A stretch of 64,000 nucleotides of DNA. It comes from Bacteroidales bacterium (GTDB taxonomy: Bacteria; Bacteroidota; Bacteroidia; Bacteroidales; VadinHA17). The notes under the pieces were generated by a model. The model had not been told where the DNA came from and did no database searches. It saw only the letters and a program-made list of their open reading frames with translations. The stretch is taken from contig JAXHLX010000032.1 in assembly GCA_034521735.1 (NCBI GenBank), forward strand, positions 33,280-97,279, read 5' to 3'. Position 1 is the first letter of the stretch; each line of letters starts with the position of its first letter. Below, piece after piece: positions 57,142-64,000 of this stretch. A program made the position numbers and the translations under genes.

Positions 57142-57254
57142 TCCCGGTGAGTTGCATGCCCCCAGGATTTTATATTTCCTGAAATCCACATCAGGTTTCT
57201 TCTTTAGGGTAGAAGCTACATCAATCTTCGTTAATACCCCGAAAACCTTCGTTT
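57142..57254 (-). pseudogene. DUF302-domain remnant (internal ~37 aa)
   Basis: Immediately after the qNOR stop the minus strand reads [38 protein letters not shown]. This closely resembles the DUF302 core '...[33 protein letters not shown]' (from memory). The N- and C-terminal parts are missing. Confidence 0.55.
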
Positions 57255-59552
57255 TTAAGTTTTTCGGTTATCCGATTTTTGCATGTTGAAGTAAGTAAGA
57301 ACAGTCGCCAGCAACAGTGGTAGTACCCCGCCAACGATAAATATTGTATCGGCAGGCAATCTCAGCCATGCCAGATTAACGATATTTTGTTGTCCTGAAA
57401 ATTCAAGGCTACGTGCATGCCAGTAGCCATTATTTATTACATCGATTAACTGCAACACACCACTGGGAAACAGCTGTAGTATAACCATTCCTGCAAGGCC
57501 AATGTTTAATCCCCAGAACGATATTTTTACAAATTTTTCAACTCGTTTCCAATGTTCGGAGGAGGAAACTTGCCTGATAGCAAATACGAGAAAGGCCAAC
57601 CCCAGCATTCCAAATACACCCATCATGGCTGCATGTCCGTGATTTGGTGTAAGATATGTGCCCGTTTCGTAATAGCTGATTACAGGCAGATTTATTAAGA
57701 AACCCAAAATTCCCGCGCCAATAAAATTCCAGACCCCTACTGCAATCAAAAAGTAGAATGTCCATTTATGAGGAAAATTGAATTTTTCTCCTTTTTCATC
57801 TGTTCTCTGGCGCATTAACCTGACAAAGCCAGATGCTTCAAGGGTAAGCAGAATCAGGGGTACAACTTCCAAAGCAGAAAAAGATGCAGAGAGCGCCATA
57901 GAAACATCAGTTTGGCCATTCCAGTACCAGTGGTGACCTGTTCCTAAAATACCGGCACCCAAAAATAAAACTGCATCCAGATAAATAATTCGTGTTGCCG
58001 TTAGCTTTGATACCAAATGCAGTTTATAAAACATGACGGCTACCATAACGGTGGCGAAAACTTCAAAAAAACCTTCCACCCAAAGATGTATTATCCAGAA
58101 CCGCCAGGTGTCCACAGTTGAAAAATTAGTGGATGAACCAAAGAAGAATGCAGGAAGATAAAAGAACGGAATGGCCAAAGCAGCCAGCAGGAAGAGTGTT
58201 TTCAATTCTCTTTCCTCGGGTTCCTTTTTGGAAGGTCGTACCATTCTGTAAAGAAGCCACGCCCATAGTATAAGCCCTACAGCCATTAATACCTGCCATC
58301 CGCGGCCTATCTCCAGATATTCCCATCCCTGGTTACCAAACCAGAACCACAAATTTTTCAACAAGCCTTTCACTCCAAGATATTGTCCAAAAAGGCTTCC
58401 AACAAGAAGGATTGCCAGGGCGATAAAAAGGAAATTTATCAAACCCACCTGTCCTTTAGGTTTCCTCTTTGACAGAAGGGAAGAAACAAATATACCACCA
58501 CCAATAAAAGCTGTTGCAATCCAAAGAATGGCTGACTGCAAATGCCATGAGCGAAGGACGTTGGATGGAAGTATAGATGAAAGGTCAAAGCCGAAAAAAC
58601 CTTCTGGTTCGGCAAAGTAATGAGCCATTGCTCCCCCTGCCATTGTTTGAAACAAAAGGATAAGAATTGCCACCACGAAGAATTTAATGGAGGTGCGTTC
58701 GATTGCAGTTACCTTACCCGGTACCATTAAGGGTGGAAGCTCGTCTTTTGCCCTATGCCAGCCCAGGTAATTAAAACGGCCAAAGAAAAAGAGAATCAAG
58801 GCAGTTCCTGCAAGCAGGGTAATAAGACTTAAGGCACTCCACAATAGAGTAGCACTCGAAGGGCCATTGCCTATTAGCGGTTCATAAGGAAAATTATTGG
58901 TGTAGGAATAATTATTGCCGGGCGAATCGGCTACACTTGCCCATGCAGCCCATGCAAAAAAAGCAGTCAGTTGTTTCAGCTCTTGCGGGTCAGTTATCAA
59001 ATCATTGGGTAAGCCCCGGTTGACAGAAGGATTTTGGAAATAATCCTTCCAATACCCTATTTGGGCATTAAAAGATTTTATTTCAGGTGCCGTAAAAATG
59101 AGATTTTGACTTTCAGCATCATAGCGATTAGTGGCCAAAAACTCGCCAGTTAATCCCACTAGAGATTCTTTTTGTTCGGGTTCAATATCTGATATTTTGG
59201 TATTATACTTTTCAATGGCAATATAATTATTGACTTCGCGAGCAAGATTATGTAAATATTGGGCAGAATAATCAGGTCCCAAATAGGCCCCATGCCCCCA
59301 GATACTTCCATTGTTCATCAGCCCTTTTTGAAGAAAGACTTCCTGTCCTGCCTGTATATCATTTCCTGTAAATAGGACCAAACCTGAACTGTCTGTAACC
59401 TTTTCAGGAATTGGAGGTTGTGAATCTCTGTAATAGCTACCGGTAGTAACCCAAATGAGTACAGCAAATTCTACAAAAAGAATAAAAAATAAACCTCTCC
59501 TCCACCAAATGGATGAGAATTGATTGTCTGAGGCTCCGATTGAATTATTCAC
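57255..59552 (-). CDS. quinol-dependent nitric-oxide reductase large subunit (qNOR; NorZ/NorB type)
   Basis: 765-aa ORF (GTG start). It has an N-terminal periplasmic extension '[41 protein letters not shown]' and a heme-copper oxidase subunit I-like 12-TM core with conserved His ('[14 protein letters not shown]'). Confidence 0.9.
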   Translation of the reverse strand: MNNSIGASDNQFSSIWWRRGLFFILFVEFAVLIWVTTGSYYRDSQPPIPEKVTDSSGLVLFTGNDIQAGQEVFLQKGLMNNGSIWGHGAYLGPDYSAQYLHNLAREVNNYIAIEKYNTKISDIEPEQKESLVGLTGEFLATNRYDAESQNLIFTAPEIKSFNAQIGYWKDYFQNPSVNRGLPNDLITDPQELKQLTAFFAWAAWASVADSPGNNYSYTNNFPYEPLIGNGPSSATLLWSALSLITLLAGTALILFFFGRFNYLGWHRAKDELPPLMVPGKVTAIERTSIKFFVVAILILLFQTMAGGAMAHYFAEPEGFFGFDLSSILPSNVLRSWHLQSAILWIATAFIGGGIFVSSLLSKRKPKGQVGLINFLFIALAILLVGSLFGQYLGVKGLLKNLWFWFGNQGWEYLEIGRGWQVLMAVGLILWAWLLYRMVRPSKKEPEERELKTLFLLAALAIPFFYLPAFFFGSSTNFSTVDTWRFWIIHLWVEGFFEVFATVMVAVMFYKLHLVSKLTATRIIYLDAVLFLGAGILGTGHHWYWNGQTDVSMALSASFSALEVVPLILLTLEASGFVRLMRQRTDEKGEKFNFPHKWTFYFLIAVGVWNFIGAGILGFLINLPVISYYETGTYLTPNHGHAAMMGVFGMLGLAFLVFAIRQVSSSEHWKRVEKFVKISFWGLNIGLAGMVILQLFPSGVLQLIDVINNGYWHARSLEFSGQQNIVNLAWLRLPADTIFIVGGVLPLLLATVLTYFNMQKSDNRKT

Positions 59553-59872
59553 AGAAGTTAATTTAGATTATTTGTAAATATCTGCATTTTATCAGGCATA
59601 AATTGGTCTTATTTAGCTAAGAAGACGTTTAAAAGCCATCATAAATATTTTTTGTTAATATTTTGTTCCAGACATTAAATATTGGTTGTTGTTAATGACA
59701 ATATAATGATAAATAAAACTTTTTATTACAAATGTTTGGTATAAATCAAATGAACTATTATATAATTCTGCTTATTAGTTCCATAATTCACACATATTAC
59801 AAAAAGTTAAGTCATAACTCCATTAGCACTTTTTTTTATGTTCACTTGTTGAAATGATTAATTTATATCTAA

Positions 59873-60562
59873 TCAACCCGCTATACCAAAGAGCTTTCCG
59901 ACCCCGGCGGTCAATGCCATAGCCAAAGCGCCCCAGAAAGTAACACGAAGGGCGGCTGCTAACATCGGTGCGCCACCCGTTTTGGCTGAAAGTAAACCCA
60001 GCAGTGCAAGAAACAATAGAGAACTAGCCGATACAGCCCAAAAGAGCATGGAAGCCGGAAAAAACAGGATCATCAGCAGCGGAAGGGCTGCGCCCACCGC
60101 AAAGGTCCCGGCGGAAGCAAACGCAGCCTGAACAGGACGAGCTGCCAGGGCTTTGGAGATACCCAGTTCATCGCGCGCGTGTGCATCAAGTGCGTCATGC
60201 TGCATCAATTGACCAGCCACTGTGTCAGCCAGTTCCGGATCTAACCCGCGCTTGACGTAAATTGCCGCAAGCTCCTCGTGCTCTTCTTCCGGAGTGTCAG
60301 TCAACTCCTTTTTCTCTCTGGCAAGATCAGCCTTCTCAGTGTCAGCCTGTGAACTGACCGACACGTACTCGCCCGCTGCCATAGACATAGCTCCGGCAAC
60401 AAGACCAGCTACGCCTGCGATTAATATGCCCTGAGGTTCTGCTCCCGAGGAAGCAACTCCCAGGACCAGGCTGGCAGTGGAGACAATTCCATCATTTGCT
60501 CCAAGAACCGCTGCGCGAAGCCACCCGGCCCGCTGTGTTTTGTGTTTTTCTTTATGTCCCAT
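59873..60562 (-). CDS. VIT1/CCC1-family iron/manganese transporter
   Basis: 229-aa ORF with 'RAAVLGANDGIVSTASLVLGVA', a central acidic helix region and C-terminal TM helices. It is visibly more GC-rich than its surroundings. Confidence 0.88.
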   Translation of the reverse strand: MGHKEKHKTQRAGWLRAAVLGANDGIVSTASLVLGVASSGAEPQGILIAGVAGLVAGAMSMAAGEYVSVSSQADTEKADLAREKKELTDTPEEEHEELAAIYVKRGLDPELADTVAGQLMQHDALDAHARDELGISKALAARPVQAAFASAGTFAVGAALPLLMILFFPASMLFWAVSASSLLFLALLGLLSAKTGGAPMLAAALRVTFWGALAMALTAGVGKLFGIAG

Positions 60563-60926
60563 ACCTTGTTTTTAAATGAAATCTAAGTTGAGCGATACGA
60601 GTTGTACGAAGTATCGCTTTACGTAAGTTTAAAATAGTGTCATAATCTTCAATTTTAAAACTAAACCTAAATTACCAATTAATTCATCTATGACAGTTTA
60701 TTATCCTAAGGTTTTTGAGTATAAATGTTATTATCCCTTATTTTTTATAAGATATTAACAAAACAGTGCTGTTACATAAATATTTAAAATAATTCCATAT
60801 ATTACAGATATCCATACTGATTATATCCCATCAATACTGATTTAAGGTACTTGTGAAAAAGATGAAAACATAATGGTAGTGACAGTCTCCGGTAATCACA
60901 CTGTCCATTTGACAGGCAGGTTGTGA

Positions 60927-61511
60927 TTACATATCCTCAAGATTGTGTTTTCGGTTTTTTTGCAACTTTTTATAATTGGAGGGGGTAAGACCGGAAATTT
61001 TTTTGAACTGATTGGAAAAATGTGCAACACTGCTGTACTGAAGCCTGTATGATATTTCGGATAGATTAAGCTCACCGTAAAGCATTAATTCTTTCGCCTT
61101 TTCAATCCTGTGAAGTATTATGTATTGCTGTATTGTGGTACCCTTCACCTCTGAGAAAAGGTTCGACAGGTAACTGTAATCATATCCAAGCTTTTCGCAA
61201 ATGTAGTCGGAATAGTTTATTTTGGGCAGCTCATCGGAGTAATGAATCATTTCTACAATCACATTCTTTACTCTCTCAACAAGAATACTTCTCTTGTCAT
61301 CAAGTAACTCCAGACCCGATTTAAGCAGGTTTTTGCTGAGCTGTTCGCGTTGCTCCTGAGAAATATCTTCCTGCAACTCAACCACTCCCAGATCAACTCC
61401 GGCATACTTAATGCCCAGTTTATTAAGTTCTTCCTTCACCGCCAACTTGCACCGGAGGCTAACCATATATTTTATGTGCAATGTCACTTTAGCTCCGAAA
61501 ATATCGGTCAT
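60927..61511 (-). CDS. AraC-family transcriptional regulator (short, with HMA-fold-like N-terminal domain lacking Cys motif)
   Basis: 194-aa ORF. C-terminal AraC HTH 'LSEISYRLQYSSVAHFSNQFKKISGLTPSNYKK'. Confidence 0.85.
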   Translation of the reverse strand: MTDIFGAKVTLHIKYMVSLRCKLAVKEELNKLGIKYAGVDLGVVELQEDISQEQREQLSKNLLKSGLELLDDKRSILVERVKNVIVEMIHYSDELPKINYSDYICEKLGYDYSYLSNLFSEVKGTTIQQYIILHRIEKAKELMLYGELNLSEISYRLQYSSVAHFSNQFKKISGLTPSNYKKLQKNRKHNLEDM

Positions 61512-61837
61512 AAATATGTTTCACATACCCTCCACAAAAATTTAATGACTTACAAGACACAACAATTCAGTGGGTATTTAATTATCCAAACATTATAAAG
61601 ATAAATAATACTGATTAATTAATCAAGTTGACAACACGATTCTATTCTGAGAGCTTCATAAAATTAATTGTATGCCTTTCTCCACAGATAATTAAATAAC
61701 ACCATTTTGTGCTTAGCATTTCGGATTGAGAAGCAGGTATACGATTCCCCGTTTTCCTAATAATCCATTAAGGTGAACAGCGACAGAGGTCCTTTCTTAT
61801 TAGCCTTATTATTTTCAAGCGCTGCGATTTATACCGG

Positions 61838-62281
61838 TTAAAAAATGTCAGTTGTTAAAATTATTGGTTCTCCCGGGAAACGAACATTTATACCGTTTTC
61901 GGCTGTAACAAATATTCTGACGGGTTTAAAGGAGGATACTGTTTCCAGGGATGCAGTTTTTTGTTTTGAAAAAATACTTTTTGCACTTTTTAACTGTCCC
62001 AGGTTTTCCGTATTTCCCTTGTCAGATTCCATCCAGACCACATAGGTTTGTCTTGTTGACTGCAGTCTTTCAACCTCTGCCAGATCTTCAATTTCAACTT
62101 TAATAAGGTAATTATTATTCTTGTCTTGTTTTACAGTAACCGTGCCTTCGGCTGCAGGAACAACTGAGGATCTTAAAAAAATTATCTTTTGCGCACATGA
62201 AGTAACAAAGGACATCATTGATACAAGCAAAATACTAAAAAGCATCCCCGTTGCAAATTTTTTGATTTTTTGTGTTTTCAT
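61838..62281 (-). CDS. lipoprotein of unknown function
   Basis: 147-aa ORF with signal/lipobox 'LLVSMMSFVTSC'. Confidence 0.6.
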   Translation of the reverse strand: MKTQKIKKFATGMLFSILLVSMMSFVTSCAQKIIFLRSSVVPAAEGTVTVKQDKNNNYLIKVEIEDLAEVERLQSTRQTYVVWMESDKGNTENLGQLKSAKSIFSKQKTASLETVSSFKPVRIFVTAENGINVRFPGEPIILTTDIF

Positions 62282-62380
62282 CTATTTTAATTTAAAATTG
62301 CGAATATTACTTTAAGGAACTAAAGTTAATACATCTGTTTCCTGCAAGCATTACACAATTCAGGAAAAGAGTTACATCAT

Positions 62381-62935
62381 TCACACATTTGAGAACTTCG
62401 AAATGTCAACGACCGATAAAAGGCATCCTTTTCCATCCTCAGTAACTACGCCTTCCATATATACACGGCACAGAGGATTATTGTTATAACCAAGCAACAC
62501 CTCACACGATTCATTAACATTGCTTGCAAATACTTTTTTGAAAAAATCACCAAATACCGCTTTTGAATCTTCCGAAACAAAGAGTTTAAAATTGCTGTCA
62601 ATCAGACTAAAGCGTCTTTCACCCAACATATCGGCACCTGTGAAATTCAGGTCGCAGATTGTTCCGTCAAAATCAAGATAGAAATAACCCAGGGGAGACA
62701 AATCAAACAACATGGTGTATTTCTTTAAGGCTGCCTCTGTTGTTTCGTAAGCCTGGCGCAACTCTTCATTTTGCATCTCCAGTTCAATCTGGTGTACCTG
62801 TAATTCGTGCAGAAGTTTATGTGTGCCGGTTTTCATCAACTCCCCGTTCTCTTCTTCTCCCTTCTCTTTCAGTAGCTTCTCAGCTTTCTTGCGCAGCATT
62901 TCCGGATCGGCAAAATCCATATCTTCGTTTATCAT
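62381..62935 (-). CDS. stand-alone coiled-coil plus PAS domain protein
   Basis: 184-aa ORF. 'LHELQVHQIELEMQNEELRQA' leads into a PAS fold ('MLFDLSPLGYFYLDFDGTICDLNFTGADMLG'). There is no output domain. Confidence 0.75.
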   Translation of the reverse strand: MINEDMDFADPEMLRKKAEKLLKEKGEEENGELMKTGTHKLLHELQVHQIELEMQNEELRQAYETTEAALKKYTMLFDLSPLGYFYLDFDGTICDLNFTGADMLGERRFSLIDSNFKLFVSEDSKAVFGDFFKKVFASNVNESCEVLLGYNNNPLCRVYMEGVVTEDGKGCLLSVVDISKFSNV

Positions 62936-62945
62936 GACTTATTTA

Positions 62946-64000
62946 TTATTTTTTAATTAATATTGTTTCTGAGTGTATTTCAAGCTTATTAAATAATACA
63001 TTCACTGACCATTCTGTGTCAAGCTCCTCCGCACCGGCTGCAATTACCCTTATTTTAATAGTATTATTTCCCGGTTTAGTCAACAGTCCGGTCATCTTTT
63101 GTTCCGTTTTTTTTCGTAGTGCCTTTGGTATAAATAATTCCATAAAATTCTGACCTGTAACATCCTCGCGTTTTTTGCCGAAAAATGTTTCAGCTACCGG
63201 ATTAAATTCCATAATTTCCCAGCCTTCTGATATTTTCAGGATTACCTTAGAAGAAAAGTCCTTTAGCAGCCGGTTCTCCTGATTTATTTTGTGTAATTTT
63301 TCTTCCTCCAGTTTCAGCTCTGAAATATCGATAAATGTAATAACCAGCCCGTCAATCCGGTCGTCGAAGGTGCGGTAGGGCATAATACGAATGGAGAACC
63401 ACCTGCCGTCTTTGGTTGGAATTTGCTTTTCAATAAAAATGAGGGTCCTCAATACCTCGTTTGCATCTTCAACCAGCTCAGGGTAAATAAGCTGTGAAGC
63501 CTGGTCGGTAAAAGGCCGTCCGATATCACTTTTTATAAGCTTAAATATTTTTGTTGCCTGGTTGGTAAAACGACGTATATTCAATTCTTTGTCGAGGAAC
63601 AGAGTAGCAATATCGGTACTGTTCAGCAGGTTTTTCATATCGTTGTTTACCCGCGAGTAATCCTCCACCTTCGCCATCAGCTCGGCGTTTACCGTCTGAA
63701 GTTCTTCATTGAGGCTTTGCATTTCCTCCTTAGAGGTGGTGAGTTCCTCGTTGGTTGATTGCAATTCTTCGTTTGTCGACTGCAATTCTTCATTGGTCGA
63801 TTTAAGCTCTTCCTGTGAAGTCTGCATCTCTTCCATCAGGCTTTGCATCTCCTCACGGGTATGTTGCAGCTCTTCCTCAAGTTCTGCTTCCCTGGCACTG
63901 ACTGACTTTTCTTTTCCCTTTTTCTCCGGTACTTTGGTTTCAACAGGTTGCGTGGCATCTGTAAAAACTACCATCAGCTTGCCATATAAAGGTTCCGGCT
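62946..64000 (-). CDS. C-terminal part of a CheB/CheR-type PAS sensory fusion protein (gene continues beyond the right edge)
   Basis: The frame is open to the window end. The characteristic coiled coil 'EMQTSQEELKSTNEELQSTNEELQSTNEELTTSKEEMQSLNEELQTVNAEL' is followed by two PAS-like segments. Confidence 0.75.
   Translation of the reverse strand, partial: PEPLYGKLMVVFTDATQPVETKVPEKKGKEKSVSAREAELEEELQHTREEMQSLMEEMQTSQEELKSTNEELQSTNEELQSTNEELTTSKEEMQSLNEELQTVNAELMAKVEDYSRVNNDMKNLLNSTDIATLFLDKELNIRRFTNQATKIFKLIKSDIGRPFTDQASQLIYPELVEDANEVLRTLIFIEKQIPTKDGRWFSIRIMPYRTFDDRIDGLVITFIDISELKLEEEKLHKINQENRLLKDFSSKVILKISEGWEIMEFNPVAETFFGKKREDVTGQNFMELFIPKALRKKTEQKMTGLLTKPGNNTIKIRVIAAGAEELDTEWSVNVLFNKLEIHSETILIKK

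Noticed and set aside
56234-57254. Integrated prophage or ICE at tRNA-Pro.
   Set aside because: I found no integrase, no att-like duplication of the tRNA 3' end and no phage or conjugation genes. Only short gene stubs are present.
280-63000. Dozens of 60-200-aa ORFs in the track lying antisense to, or out of frame within, long conserved genes (e.g. 9913..10401, 32791..33405, 35167..35736, 39775..40359, 41401..41907).
   Set aside because: Each is fully embedded in a gene with strong family motifs and has skewed low-complexity composition. None has independent support.
63700-63830. Nucleotide-level triple repeat encoding TNEELQS x3.
   Set aside because: This heptad-like coiled coil is characteristic of CheB/CheR-PAS fusion proteins, so it is an ordinary coding feature.

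Overview
This looks like a 64-kb chromosomal segment of a Bacteroidota-type genome. I infer that from recurrent TAnnTTTG -7 boxes, a DUF4954-glmS pair, a DUF3127 protein, many lipoprotein signals and AT-rich intergenic DNA; no search was possible. Most of it is housekeeping.

Content, left to right:
- alr, a BASS transporter, a split MFS transporter and tkt.
- A heavy-metal RND efflux operon: His-rich small protein, His-rich adaptor, CzcA-like pump (split), TolC-like outer membrane protein.
- FKBP PPIase, cyclophilin PPIase and DUF3127.
- DUF4954 followed by glmS.
- A broken PAS-LuxR regulator.
- A 16-kb alpha-glucan/trehalose cluster: glgX, then treZ-glgE-treS/mak-glgB-treY/malQ.
- dcp, a DEAD-box helicase and purL.
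- A decayed M1 peptidase flanked by a 43-nt repeat.
- A four-gene sulfur-trafficking cluster: SQR-like flavoprotein, DUF1641, TusE/DsrC, DsrE.
- An AGCS symporter and rlmD.
- A low-GC islet with tRNA-Ser(GCU) and tRNA-Pro(UGG), bracketed by inverted copies of a palindromic repeat, plus a compact four-way-junction structure.
- A graveyard of gene remnants (RhuM, CDF, DUF302).
- qNOR nitric-oxide reductase, a GC-rich VIT1/CCC1 gene and an AraC regulator.
- PAS/CheB-CheR-type sensory genes running off the right edge.

Main caveat: about a dozen single-base indels, mostly in short homopolymers, split otherwise intact conserved genes. This looks like sequencing or assembly error rather than biology.

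I saw no CRISPR array, transposase, integrase, prophage or recognisable defence system. The most unusual items are:
- the repeat and four-way-junction architecture around the tRNAs;
- a histone-H1-like KPAA-repeat tail on GlgB;
- a TreY-MalQ fusion;
- the SSB-like C-terminal tip on DUF3127;
- the uncharacterised sulfur cluster.
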